DNA of 64,000 bases, taken from Macrostomum hystrix (lineage: Eukaryota > Animalia > Platyhelminthes). The stretch covers positions 13,826,001 through 13,890,000 of the forward strand of contig CATNEN010000039.1 of the NCBI GenBank assembly GCA_950097015.1, given 5' to 3'. This document shows, one piece after another, positions 51,051 through 64,000 of the stretch (positions are counted from its first letter, which is position 1; each line of letters begins with the position of its first letter). Below the pieces are notes generated by a model. That model was not told where the DNA came from, ran no database searches, and worked only from the letters and a program-made list of their open reading frames with translations. Position numbers and translations under genes: made by a program.

Positions 51051-51359
51051 TCAATCATCAATGATTCACATTATTTACTTTGAACTGGCATGTCATGTTA
51101 GCATCGGCAATTGGTTAAAATTCCTTTGAAGAAGATGCTCTCTCCCTCTCTCTCTTTAGCATCCTGCAAGGGAATAATAAACTACAATGTTCTGAGCATT
51201 GAATTATTAATTCGTAGCCATGCTTGGGGAAACTAAATATCAGATTGTCATCGGTGGAGTCTACTTTATGGTCGGCGCGGCTTCAGATCTGCGTCAAAGA
51301 TACGTCGGTCTCACCGGGGCCGACTGCCTATTGGCTGGCTGGGGCTGGGGCTGTACGAC

Positions 51360-51373
51360 GTTGCCATGGCAAC
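51360..51373. promoter_or_regulatory. Perfect RFX X-box GTTGCCATGGCAAC in the putative promoter of the prohormone-4-like gene
   Basis: Exact palindromic X-box ~190 bp upstream of the inferred ATG, with a reverse CCAAT (ATTGG) at ~51330. Confidence 0.55.
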
Positions 51374-51564
51374 CATAGTTAGAAAAACTCTCGATGGGGA
51401 AGAAAGGAAAAGGCCGCCTGTTGTCAGCTATTAATATTGGCGTACGCATTCCAGCGTCACCTGCGCAGCCTGAAAGTATCAAACTGATAACTGAAAGTAT
51501 CAACAGGTTTTGTTATCTCGCTCCTGTCTCCGTGCAAGTTTATTACCTAATTCTAGTCAGCAGC

Positions 51565-54500
51565 ATGAGCTGTGAGTTGTCTACTGTGCAGTTGGCACCA
51601 TGCTTCTGATTTGAATTTGATTGATTGCTTAGATTCAGCGCCTTCAAGCCAAAAAAAGTTGCAACCTTAGCTCGTACATCATGTCATCTTGAAACTGTCA
51701 TCTCATCTCCCCCTTGTCTCAACTCTCCAGTGTCTCATCTCTCCCGTGTCTCAACTCTCCCGTGTCTCATCTCTCCCGTGTCTCAACTCTCCCGTGTCTC
51801 ATCTCTCCCGTGTCTCATCTCTCCCGTGTCTCATCTCTCCCGTGTCTCATCTCTCCCGTGTCTCATCTCTCCCCTGTCTTATCTCTCCCGTGTCTCATCT
51901 CTCCCGTGTCTCATCTCTCCCGTGTCTCATCTCTCCCGTGTCTCATCTCTCCCGTGTCTCATCTCTCCCGTGTCTCAACTCTCCCGTGTCTCATCTCTCC
52001 CGTGTCTCACCTCTCCCGTGTCTCAACTCTCCCGTGTCTCATCTCTCCCGTGTCTCATCTCTCCTGTGTCTTATCTCTCCCGTGTCTCATCTCTCCCGTG
52101 TCTCATCTCTCCCGTGTCTCATCTCTCCCGTGTCTCAACTCTCCCGTGTCTCATCTCTCCCGTGTCTCATCTCTCCCGTGTCTCACCTCTCCCGTGTCTC
52201 AACTCTCCCGTGTCTCATCTCTCCCGTGTCTCATCTCTCCTGTGTCTTATCTCTCCCGTGTCTCATCTCTCCCGTGTCTCATCTCTCCCGTGTCTCAACT
52301 CTCCCGTGTCTCATCTCTCCCGTGTCTCATCTCTCCCGTATCTCATCTCTCCCGTGTCTCAACTCTCCCGTGTCTCATCTCTCCCGTGTCTCATCTCTCC
52401 CGTGTCTCAACTCTCCCGTGTCTCATCTCTCCCGTGTCTCATCTCTCCCGTGTCTCAACTCTCCCGTGTCTCATCTCTCCCGTGTCTCATCTCTCCCGTG
52501 TCTCACCTCTCCCGTGTCTCAACTCTCCCGTGTCTCATCTCTCCCGTGTCTCATCTCTCCTGTGTCTTATCTCTCCCGTGTCTCATCTCTCCCGTGTCTC
52601 ATCTCTCCCGTGTCTCATCTCTCCCGTGTCTCAACTCTCCCGTGTCTCATCTCTCCCGTGTCTCATCTCTCCCGTGTCTCACCTCTCCCGTGTCTCAACT
52701 CTCCCGTGTCTCATCTCTCCCGTGTCTCATCTCTCCCGTGTCTCAACTCTCCCGTGTCTCATCTCTCCCGTGTCTCATCTCTCCACTTCCGATCTCATAC
52801 ATTATATTTCTAACCAGCCAGGAATAGTCACGAGCACATTACCTTTCACCTCATTATATACATACACAAAATTTAACTTGCTTAATATTCTTCCTACATT
52901 TGAGGAAAGAGTTATATTAGGACTTGTCACGGGTTAGGATAATACCTACGAGTATGGGATTAATAATTTAGCAAATATTCTTGCTGAGCTGCAGTGGAGT
53001 CATTCCGGATAGAAATAACACAAATACAACTTGGCTATTAACTCCGCATCAAAATATATTGCTGACTATCAACAGCTCATGGAAATCTATCGTTTTCCAT
53101 TATATAAAGTTTTTGTAAAATTAAAACTACTAGATGCTGGTGACACTGCTTTTCAACAATGATGTGACTGTTTAATAATATTAGAGAGTTTAATCGTTTT
53201 ATTGCACAATTCTTTTTTCAAACTCACATAGCAAATAAATAAGCAATCTGCGAGATAAACAGACCGTCTGCGAGATAAACAGACAGTCTGCGATATAAAC
53301 AGACATTCTGTGAGATAAACAGACAGTCTGCGAGATAAACAGATAGTATGTGATATAATTAAACAACCAGAGTGCAGAAAACTGTGAATTAATTTGTTTT
53401 CAATGTTCTTAGAAATATAATTCTAGACCTCGATGAGACAAAACACTATAACAGTAATGATGCAGTGTTTGAAACCAAGCGCGAAACAATATTTTGTTAT
53501 AATTCGAATTTTTCTTCCTCGAAAATTTTCAAAATTATCACTCGCAGCTCGCCGCATAGCCGTCGGGCTACTTCCGGTGTTGCTATTGCTAGGAAGTGCT
53601 GGGAGTTCCTATGCTCGGCCGCAGCCGAAAGCCGCAGGTGAGCTACCTCATTAATCTGCTGGGAACTAAGTTTTATGACGCATTTTTGTGAAAAGTATAG
53701 AAGCGACATTTAAAAAATTGTAAAAATTGGAGTAGAGATGATTTGATTGTCTACAGTGATTTTTCCAGAAAATTTGTATTTCATGGCTTCGGCTTTAAAA
53801 TAAGATTAAGAAATTTAAACTGTAACATTCTTGGAGACGAAATAGATAACTAAAGCAATTCTCAGAATAGCAACGGTCTAAAAATAGCCACAGTCTAAAA
53901 ATACCCAGTCTAAAAATAGCAACGGTCTAAAAATAGAAACGGTCTAAAAATAGCAACTGTCTAAAAATGCGATCAACGATCAAAATAGATAAAATGTCAT
54001 AGCAATGGGCTACAACTGTATAATCAACAATCAATTAAAATAAAAAGGCATATTTTCGAATAATCAGTTTTCTTTTAAAGATTTTGTTGGATCATTCAAA
54101 TCGACCGAATTTCAAGTGTTACATTTTAATCCCTATATTCTTTTTCTAAACTTGTTCTTCAGGCAATCTACAATCCAATTCTGCCGAGCCAGGTAAGAAT
54201 ATAGTGTAAAGTTAATAGCGAATAAGCAAGAAATTTATATACTGTGTCTTCTTATGTGTAGTAATAACGGAACACATTTTTTAATTAATTTGCATTCAAG
54301 CACAAACACACTCTTCATGTGCAGTCGAAACAATATCACTAATACCACAACCCATCTATTAACATTTCGCCGCCCGTTTTTATACCGAATGTTAACAGCG
54401 TTAGGTGGTGACTGATTGCTTGACAGACTAGGCGATGGTGTCCTGTGGTTAAGCTACGTCTAATATTTAGGCTTGATCAGTGAAATTCGTGACCTAGTTC

Positions 54501-57500
54501 AACCTGTTGTAGCCCTTGAAGGTCCAGCAGTCCGTCTAGATAAAGGTAGGTGACAACCGAAGTCGGAGATGATGCAGGCACATTCGGGTGACACGCTGAT
54601 CAATTTTGAAGGCCTGGCAAGGTCGCACAGAGGCGCAGTGCAAATTCCTGTATTGGGGTGTATGAAACACACTAGCTCTTATGTCAAAAACCTGACCGTC
54701 AGCCAGAACCATTGAATATCTCGACGGTACGAAGAGCTGGCGACTTGATTCTTGTTTCAGAAGATGCGCAACAAAAAATGGATGTGGTTGAAGTTTTTTT
54801 AGTGAAAGAGACCTTATTTAGTGCATTGTGTCTAGACAAGTAAGAAAACTGTTAATGAGGCTTGCGTGCAATGTATCCGATTGTTATTTTTTACTCGTGA
54901 TTTTTTCGCATCGATTCATTAAAATTGGCAGTGTTGAAATCGACCAGCCCATTAAACTGTTGAACACAGAAGGCACTCACTTACAATACTATATCAATGT
55001 AGCATTTTGAGCCATTCTATTAACTAAGACTTGTTTTTCAACTTTCTCTTCCTTTTTTTCTGGCTCGCTACCAATATTTTTTTAGTTGTCGGACGGTTGC
55101 CTACGACGCGTGAGTTGCTAAGGGTCATTTCTTAAGTCATATAATAGCTTATGCGAGCTAAGCTCATTATCAATTTTTCTCTCACTGAAACTGATAATAC
55201 CCTCTAAGATTATTCACTTATCTAACAATTTTTTTCTATTATCCCTAATGTCAATCTGGATTTCCTATGTCTATCATGTTTTAAATATGATTTGTTCGAG
55301 TATAGTGCTATATATTTTCTTGTTTGTTCAGGCTCTTCAGACTGGCATCAAGTGACCGTATTTATTGTCTCTCTGTCTCTCTGTCTCTCTGTCTACCTGT
55401 CTCTCTGTCTCTCTGTCTACCTGTCTCTCTGTCTACCTGTCTCTCTGTCTACCTGTCTCTCTGTCTACCTGTCTCTCTGTCTACCTGTCTCTCTGTCTAC
55501 CTGTCTCTCTGTCTACCTGTCTCTCTGTCTACCTGTCTCTCTGTCTACCTGTCTCTCTGTCTACCTGTCTCTCTGTCTACCTGTCTCTCTGTCTACCTGT
55601 CTCTCTGTCTACCTGTCTCTCTGTCTACCTGTCTCTCTGTCTACCTGTCTCTCTGTCTACCTGTCTCTCTGTCTACCTGTCTCTCTGTCTACCTGTCTCT
55701 CTGTCTACCTGTCTCTCTGTCTACCTGTCTCTCTGTCTACCTGTCTACCTGTCTCTCTGTCTACCTGTCTCTCTGTCTACCTGTCTCTCTGTCTACCTGT
55801 CTCTCTGTCTACCTGTCTCTCTGTCTACCTGTCTCTCTGTCTACCTGTCTCTCTGTCTACCTGTCTCTCTGTCTACCTGTCTCTCTGTCTACCTGTCTCT
55901 CTGTCTACCTGTCTCTCTGTCTACCTGTCTCTCTGTCTACCTGTCTCTCTGTCTACCTGTCTACCTGTCTCTCTGTCTACCTGTCTCTCTGTATACCTGT
56001 CTCTCTGTCTACCTGTCTCTCTGTCTACCTGTCTCTCTGTCTACCTGTCTCTCTGTCTACCTGTCTCTCTGTCTACCTGTCTCTCTGTCTACCTGTCTCT
56101 CTGTCTACCTGTCTCTCTGTCTACCTGTCTCTCTGTCTACCTGTCTCTCTGTCTACCTGTCTCTCTGTCTACCTGTCTACCTGTCTCTCTGTCTACCTGT
56201 CTCTCTGTCTACCTGTCTCTCTGTCTACCTGTCTCTCTGTCTACCTGTCTCTCTGTCTACCTGCCTCTTTGTCTACCTGTCTTTTCTGTCAACTCATACG
56301 CTGGTATCGATGCACAAATCTAACAGTCTGCCCCATTATTCATCTGTCTACTTATCTACTTGTCTACAAGTCCTATTATCGCTAAGTTAGTGCTTCTCAA
56401 TTCACATCAATCCATCACACTGTCTGCCTACAGGTCCCATTGTAGGCAACGAGTGTCCTAAGACAGCGCCTTGGCCCTGCAAGAGCGGCCAGTGCCTGTC
56501 CTTCGCTTTCATCTGCGACGGCCGCGAAGACTGCGTCGATGGCTACGATGAGGACAAAGCGCTCTGCATTGCCAGTGGGTTTCTATTCTTTACACTCCCT
56601 ACATTCTTTCATTCCTTACATTCCTTACACTCCCTACATTTCCAACATTCTTTTCATTCCTTACATTCCCTAGATTCCCTATATTCCCTACATTCCCTAC
56701 ATTCCCTACATTCCTTACATTCCTTATAATCCCTACCTTCCCTACATTCCCTACATTCATTACATTCCCTACATTCCTTACATTCCTTAAAATCCTTACC
56801 TTCCCTACATTCCCTACATTCCTTACATTCCTTAAATTCCTTATATTCCCTAGATTCCTTACATTCCCTACATTCCGTACATACCGTACATTCCGTAAAT
56901 TCCTACATTCCCTACATTCCCTACATTCCTTACATTCATTAAAATCCCTACATTCCCTACATTCCCTAAATTCCCTACATTCCTTACATTCCCTACATTC
57001 CCTACATTCCTTACATTCCTTAAAATCCTTACATTCCCTACATTTCTTACATTCCCTACATTCCCTACATTCCTTACATTCCTTAAAATACTTACATTCC
57101 CTACATTCCTTACATTCCCTACATTCCTTACATTCCCTACATTCCCTACATTCCCTACATTCCTTACATTCCCTACATTCCCTACATTCCTTACATTCCC
57201 TACATTCCCTACATTCCTTGCATTCCCTACATTCCCTACATTCCCTACATTCCTTACATTCATTAAAATCCCTACATTCCCTACATTCCCTAAATTCCAT
57301 ACATTCCTTACATTCCCTACATTCCCTACATTCCTTACATTCCTTAAAATCCTTACATTCCCTACATTCCTTACATTCCCTACATTCCCTACATTCCTTA
57401 CATTCCCTGCATTCCCTACATTCCTTACATTCCCTACATTCCCTACATTCCTTACATTCCTTAAAATCCTTACATTCCCTACATTCCTTACATTCCCTAC

Positions 57501-60500
57501 ATTCCTTACATTCCCTACATTCCCTACATTCCTTACATTCCCTACATTCCCTACATTCCTTACATTCCCTACATTCCCTACATTCCCTTCATTCCCTGCA
57601 CTCCCTACGCCTACGCTCTCTAAATTACCTGCATTCCCTGCATTCCCTGCATTGCTTAAACTCTATATGAGCTCAATATGCCATGTCCACACGATGCATT
57701 GCTAGCAGCAACAGACCTATATACAGATTCACCAGGCTGAACCCAAATGAAACAATAAACCCAGTTGAGGGCATGTTTTCACAAATAATTTTCGGGCTCC
57801 AGCAAATAGACATTACTCGTATATTGAACTGTCAATCAAATACGCCAGACATTTTTATGATTCTCCCTTAAAAAAGCTTTTACGAGAAATATCGTAGCTG
57901 AACCTGCGAACCAGCTGAACCCTACAGAGTTCAATTACGAGCAGAATTCGCATGACATATTTTTCAAATGTTTAGCCATGGAATCGTTTTTACAGAAATC
58001 GCTGAACACAGCCCAGAGTCTGCTTTTTGACTGACGCGAGAGAGTAGCTGCTCGAGTTAGACAGGAAGTTAACTAAAGGACGAAATTATACTCCTAGATA
58101 GAAAATGAAGTCCGTCGAATAAAGGAGAGTATCCAGAAAGGGATTCCGGGAGCAAGGTAAGGATATGAGGATTGAGGAAGGGATTTGAGGATCAAAGAGT
58201 GGGTTTGAGAATCGATGAAGAAAAAAGATCGAGACAGGGAGAGATGAGACGGGGGAGAGATGAGACGGGAGAGATGAGACAGGGGAGAGATGAGACGGGG
58301 GAGAGATGAGACAGGGGAGAGATGAGACGGGGGAGAGATGAGACGGGGGAGAGATGAGACAGGGGAGAGATGAGACAGGGGAGAGATGAGACAGGGGAGA
58401 GATGAGACACGGGAGAGATGAGACGGGGGAGAGATGAGACAGGGGAGAGATGAGACAGGGGAGAGATGAGACAGGGGAGAGATGAGACAGGGGAGAGATG
58501 AGACACGGGAGAGATGAGACGGGAGAGATGAGACAGGGGAGAGATGAGACAGGGGAGAGATGAGACAGGGGAGAGATGAGACAGGGCAGAGATGAGACAG
58601 GGGAGAGATGAGACGGGGGAGAGATGAGACACGGGAGAGATGAGACAGGGGAGAGATGAGACGGGGGAGAGATGAGACACGGGAGAGATGAGACAGGGGA
58701 GAGATGAGACGGGGGAGAGATGAGACACGGGAGAGATGAGACAGGGGAGAGATGAGACAGGGGAGAGATGAGACAGGGGAGAGATGAGACAGGGGAGAGA
58801 TGAGACAGGGGGAGAGATGAGACAGGGGAGAGATGAGACGGGGGAGAGATGAGACGGGGGAGAGATGAGACAGGGGAGAGATGAGACAGGGGAGAGATGA
58901 GACAGGGGAGAGATGAGACAGGGGAGAGATGAGACAGGGGAGAGATGAGACAGGGGAGAGATGAGACAGGGGAGAGATGAGACAGGGGAGAGATGAGACA
59001 GGGGAGAGATGAGACACGGGAGAGATGAGACAGGGGAGAGATGAGACAGGGGAGAGATGAGACAGGGGAGAGATGAGACACGGGAGAGATGAGACGGGGG
59101 AGAGATGAGACAGGGGAGAGATGAGACAGGGGAGAGATGAGACAGGGGAGAGATGAGACAGGGGAGAGATGAGACACGGGAGAGATGAGACAGGGGAGAG
59201 ATGAGACAGGGGAGAGATGAGACAGGGGAGAGATGAGACAGGGGAGAGATGAGACACGGGAGATATGAGACAAGGGAGAGATGAGACAGGGCAGAGATGA
59301 GACAGGGGAGAGATGAGACAGGGGAGAGATGAGACAGGGCAGAGATGAGACAGGGGAGAGATGAGACACGGGAGAGATGAGACGGGGGAGAGATGAGACG
59401 GGGGAGAGATGAGACGGGGGAGAGATTAGACAAGAGAATTCTGACTCTATATACTCGTAGATGAGGCTTGTGATATATGTTTTAGAGTTGAGAGCTTGCT
59501 GTGCGGTAGGTTGGCAGCGGATGATTTAGCCCACCCGGAGTACAAGGCTGCACAGCCGACAAACACGAGTGTATTGGCCCACCTATCTAACCAAATTTGC
59601 TCACACTTTTACTTCAGACTGTAAAATCTTGAATTGCACGGTAAAGTGACCCATTCTAGGCAGATATTTATTTTTCGTTTTCGCCCATTCTCCACTCCTC
59701 ATTATAATTGTGTTCCCTAATCAATAAATCTACGTGGTTGGGCTTCGTAAATATTCAAACCAACAAATATTGCTAGGTCACATATTGCACCCGCAGCTTC
59801 TCAAATGTTTAGTTACTTGTAGCGGCACGGCAAGGTATATAAATTGAGGACTATTGATTTCGGGTGGGTCCGTGAGTTGAGACGATTCGATGTAATGCTA
59901 GCCCGATCACCTCTCATCCTGTCCAAGTATTCGCTTAAAATTAATCTCATTCTCATTATCTCACTGCCTTTACAGTACCTGCAGTGCTGCACTCTTATTA
60001 ATTTCCCTTCACAGCCCACACGCTGTACTTCTCAATCTACTTCTCCCAATTTATTTATCTCCATCTCACGCTTGTGTTTAATAATAATAATAATAATAAT
60101 AATAATTGCAGGAGGGCTGTGGGCAATGGCACATCATTCGGTCACACTAGACCCGCAGCCAGCGAGGAGGCAATTCTGCCCATTTCGCTGACTCCTGAGC
60201 ACACATGCACACAGGGTGTGTACATCTGCCCTGACTTTCTCATCGTCAGGCAGTGTACACTCTCACTGTACCTTGGAGGTTGGCCCTCAAATTGCACGAC
60301 AAGCCCCCAAGCCTTCTCTCCGCGGCTGCGCCCGAAATGAATATTGCCTCGCCGCGGAATCGAGCTAGGGACCTTAGTGCGTGCGGAAAACGCGTTAACT
60401 ACTCTGTCACTCACCCCCATGCTTGTGTGCTCTATGGGGGCGGCGGTTTAAGCAGAATGGCCTCTTCGCCGGCTGCCGGTCGACTGTGCACCAAATGATT

Positions 60501-61016
60501 CGCCATTGCCCGCAGCCTACTAAAAATAAATATTATCATCGCAATAGTTGTTACCTAAACTTGTTCTCAAATTTTTCTCCAATGCTTTCAGAGGATCGTC
60601 CGGCTAGCATCATCATGAAGCAATTTATTAACCGCTTTCACAACTGGCTTATTCCCAACGTCCTCGGCGATGGCACGCCAGACCAGATCTCTAAGCTACT
60701 GACTGGTGAGCATTGCATCAGCCGGGTTAGAAATTTTGGGCCTCCCCAGTTCATGGACTGAAGATGTTTGTTTCCCAATAAACAAACATCACAACATCTT
60801 TCAGAGGAGCGCAACGTTGCCGACTACGCCAAGAAGATGAAACTGAGCCCAGACCAGAAGCAGACTCTTATTCGCGTGATGGAATACGCCCGCGAGGGCC
60901 GCGTCCTCGACCTGGTCCTGGAGAACATGCCCGAAGACGCCTACAGGGAGACCTACGCCCTGTTTGGCCGTATTGTGGAGAGCGGCTTCCTGAACTCGGA
61001 GGGCATGCGCAAGTGA
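51565..61016 (+). CDS. Secreted LDLa-domain protein of the prohormone-4 / IDLSRF-like peptide precursor family; exons 51565-51571, 53548-53637, 54163-54192, 56434-56574, 60592-60705, 60805-61016
   Basis: The spliced product reads MSSRRIAVGLLPVLLLLGSAGSSYA (signal peptide)...[44 protein letters not shown]...RIVESGFLN, matching the prohormone-4 architecture (LDLa, C-x-A-x-x-R-P, terminal GFL). All introns are phase 1 GT-AG. Confidence 0.85.
51700..52785. repeat. Minisatellite, 16-bp unit TGTCTCATCTCTCCCG
   Basis: Tandem array in the first coding intron. Confidence 0.97.
53247..53352. repeat. Short 20-bp array TCTGCGAGATAAACAGACAG
   Basis: About five tandem copies. Confidence 0.85.
53865..53968. 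repeat. Short 17-bp array AAAATAGCAACGGTCTA
   Basis: About six tandem copies. Confidence 0.85.
54400..54665. repeat. Dispersed repeat, second copy of the 10100-10380 family
   Basis: Direct sequence similarity in the same orientation. Confidence 0.85.
55366..56290. repeat. Minisatellite, 16-bp unit CTGTCTCTCTGTCTAC
   Basis: Tandem array. Confidence 0.97.
56595..57650. repeat. 9-bp tandem repeat CATTCC(C/T)TA
   Basis: Tandem array directly after the LDLa exon. Confidence 0.95.
58230..59432. repeat. Minisatellite, 16-bp unit GGGGAGAGATGAGACA (reverse complement of the 51700-52785 family)
   Basis: The reverse complement TGTCTCATCTCTCCCC matches the upstream unit at 15/16. Confidence 0.97.
60078..60417 (-). 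mobile_element. tRNA-derived SINE family A, full-length copy
   Basis: tRNA-like head with B-box-like GCTCGATTCC, (ATT)n tail at ~60079-60107, and probable TSD CAYGCTTGTGT (60067-60077, 60418-60428). Confidence 0.88.
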
Positions 61017-61716
61017 GAGGCAGCGCGGACTGCGGCCTAATGATCACGTGACCTGAGACTTCAGCGAGGGATCGAAATTTTATTAAGGAACGGTTGAAAA
61101 TAACAACAAAATTTCATTTCTATTACTTTTTCTTCTCTATATATCAAGGGCAGGTCTATTGGTCAGATTTTTAATTCGTATGTTACAGTTAAATTGGCAC
61201 CGAAAAGTGGAATTTTTACCAGCAGCTTAAACAAACAAAGTTCGTAATAAAATCATCATAAATGGAAATTATTAATATTTTTGGGCATTTTAAAGTACAA
61301 TTAAACATTTTGGTGTCAATTCAAATTCAAATGAGATGATATTTCCAACTATAAGTCGGTAGTTAACCCCTTGAAAACACCTATTTGTTTCCTCTAATAT
61401 GATATTTCAAATATAATTCGTCGACAAATAGATTTAATATATTTTCGAAGAGACATTAGAATTAGACAAACTGGAAACCAGACCTTTTAAAATGGAGGAT
61501 TTTAAATATGATATCCTTTGTTTGTTCTTTGGTTTTTCGAAACAGTATATCGGCTTTCGATAAAAAGGTGAATGGCGAAGAAGACAGTTTACCTGAAAAA
61601 ATTTTCTTGCAAAAATTCAGTTTGCAATGTAGTACTTTGTTAGATCTACGATTTACTTTGTGAGATATCGACTCTACTCAGCGGATTGAGATTTTCTAAT
61701 TAAACTCTATGCTTTG

Positions 61717-62093
61717 ATATTCGACGCTCTGGTTTGATATTCGACGCACTGGTTTCATATTCGACGCTCTGGTTTCATAATCGACGCTCTGGTTTCATAT
61801 TCGACGCTCTGGTTTCATAATAGACGCTCTGGTTTCATAATAGACGCTCTGGTTTCATAATAGACGCTCTGGTTTCATAATAGACGCTCTGGTTTCATAA
61901 TAGACGCTCTGGTTTCATAATCGACGCTCTGGTTTCATAATAGACGCTCTGGTTTCATAATAGACGCTCTGGTTTCATAATAGACGCTTTGGTTTCATAT
62001 TCGACGCTCTGGTTTCATAATCGACGCTCTGGTTTCATTATCGACGCTCTGGTTTCATAATCGACGCTCTGGTTTCATATTCGACGCTCTGGT
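61717..62093. repeat. Minisatellite, 20-bp unit TCGACGCTCTGGTTTCATAA
   Basis: Tandem copies. Confidence 0.95.
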
Positions 62094-63339
62094 TAGTGAT
62101 TTTATGTAAGCTTGTTCAAGTCAGTTGAAGGCCTGATTTTACAGACTTTGCCCTCAAACTTACTGTTCAGCGCAGCGAACCTTTGCGGCGCATTTTCACA
62201 GAACAGCCTAAAACAGGAAAAGTGCAAGCTAGAAGTGATTGCCACACACCGTCAGAGAAGAGCGTGAACAAGCCGCTATGCAGTCTGTCTCGCAATGAAG
62301 CACTGAGTTTTCCTGCAACAAAAGATGTATGAGCTCTCTAGTTCGTAGCTTTGGGCGCACTAAACATTTCCTCTCGTCTCGTGTGTAAGCAGGCTTTAGT
62401 GTTTGCACCGCCTTACCTGCCTGTTCACTCCATCTTTCGGTCTGCATGTCTGCCGCCATTACCTAACCAGCAGGTTTTCATTAACCCGCGAATTAATTGG
62501 GTCGAGGCCTCGACAACGACCTCCTGAGTTGTTGGTGCAGGTGGCCCTACCGGGGCACGAGGGATGAGAAATGACTCGCTATGAAGGTAGGCAATGCTAG
62601 GAGAAAAATATTATTTAGACTTAGCTGGGGGAACTCAGGTGCTAGTCTAATTGGGAGTTGAAAGCAAGGCACAAGGTAGTATAACGCAAACATAAATTTT
62701 GCCCCTGGTGAAAGTACTATGAATTGACGTGATTCAAGAAAATTACTGAGCTTCTCATATTTCCTACTAAGTAAAAATAATTTTTCAACACTCATTACCT
62801 ACTCTTTTCTTGCTTAGTCCCATAGAATTGCATGGAATAGTTGCAATCCGATGACAGGTGTTGCGCTTGTTAAGGATGAGAGAATAAACATGACAACCTA
62901 GTCCAGTTGGGCCACATGTACATCGAGTGGCACAGCATCGAGCAGCTGCTGTTAGCGCTGCGTTTCTAAAGACTGTGTACAGCTGTTCAGTCCGTAGACA
63001 AGAGAGGCTGCGACACCCGCATTACTTCATTTTCTCGCCCTCTTTCACTCTGGCGAGTGGAAGCTCGGTTTTAACTCCGCTACGGTAGTTGAGATCGTCA
63101 TTCGCCTTGGAATCGACTGCAGATCCATCTTAATGTTTCAGCGCCAGCCGAAACTGGGGCGTTCTTCCTCTCTCGATATTTATCTTCGCCACCATCCATT
63201 TCTGTTTTTATGGGCTAGTCAGTCAGAGTCAGATCCACTGGATTCGCATGCAAAGCATTAACAGCTCGCCTCGTCAAAAAATTTCTGGACGTTGTGGGAC
63301 AACTACGTTCAAACGCTAACATATCTCATTACTCCCATC

Positions 63340-63541
63340 TCTCATGTCTTTACTGTCTTGTCCATCTACTGTTTCATGTCTTTTATAAATCTACTGTCTC
63401 ATCTCTCTACTGTCTTATCCATCAAATGTCTCATCTCTCTACTGTCTTATCCATCAAATGTCTCATCTCTCTACTGTCTACTGTCTACTGTCTAGTATCT
63501 ACTGTCTACTGTCTACTATCTACTGTCTACTGTCTGCTGTT

Positions 63542-63573
<32 letters not shown>

Positions 63574-63590
63574 ATCTACTATCTACTTAC
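63340..63590. repeat. Degenerate TACTGTC / TGTCTCATCTCTC simple repeat
   Basis: Tandem 7-mers plus 16-mer-family-like units. Confidence 0.8.
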
Positions 63591-64000
63591 CCTCTCCCGC
63601 TTCTGACCTCCCACGCATGGCAAAAATGCGTCATTCACAGAGAATGGAGACTTTTAATCTACCTATTATATAAAATTTTTGTCTAATATTTTGCATACCT
63701 AATATAATTCTCCAATAACGGAATCATAAAAAGGCGAGTTCAAAGCTTTCCATTTTTGTTTTAAACCAGAATCCAAGAGTGGCAATGGCTTCTTTAGCTT
63801 TACTCTTTACTCTAGAGAAATAGTTTTTTTCTGCTTCGTCTCTGATCTTCATTTAAAGTTTAATGAACATGCAAAAATCTACCAAATTGATCAGTTCGCT
63901 GGCTTTTATAATGCTTGAATGATATTTACAAATGAGTCAAAACGCGTGCTACAATTCGTTTAAATAGTGAATGAGAGCTCTCTAATGATAGCAGAATCTG

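Noticed and set aside
56595-57650. Telomere-like repeat (CATTCCCTA resembles CCCTAA)
   Set aside because: The unit is 9 bp, not TTAGGG, and the array is intronic like the other local minisatellites.
62229-62459. 76-aa minus-strand ORF with ATG and a GTAAG donor-like site
   Set aside because: No recognisable homology and no downstream exons identified, so a gene cannot be supported.

Overview
This is eukaryotic (metazoan) genomic DNA with GC-rich exons and AT-rich introns, most of which carry their own minisatellite. The style (poly-Q/poly-A linkers, intronic minisatellites) suggests a free-living flatworm such as Macrostomum; that is an inference. Seven spliced host genes were reconstructed by eye: a small 2-TM protein (-), Nup205 (-), a GLUT8/Tret1-like sugar transporter (-), MAPK15/ERK7-8 (+), GAPDH (+), an LSD2/KDM1B-like gene (+) and a prohormone-4-like LDLa secreted protein (+). 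The most unusual part is MAPK15 intron 1. There, a ~4.5 kb unit bounded by 50-bp TIRs and TA dinucleotides (29951-34460) contains a broken IS630/Tc1-like transposase and two tandem Crypton-type tyrosine-recombinase genes (one intact 484 aa, one decayed), surrounded by palindromic, recombination-site-like motifs. Other points of interest are an LSD2 lacking its catalytic Lys and part of the FAD-binding loop, two reverse-complementary intronic arrays bracketing three in-frame exons of the prohormone-4 gene, recurrent RFX X-box palindromes, several MITEs with clean 8-bp TSDs, and tRNA-derived SINEs. All homology calls come from remembered motifs, not database searches.
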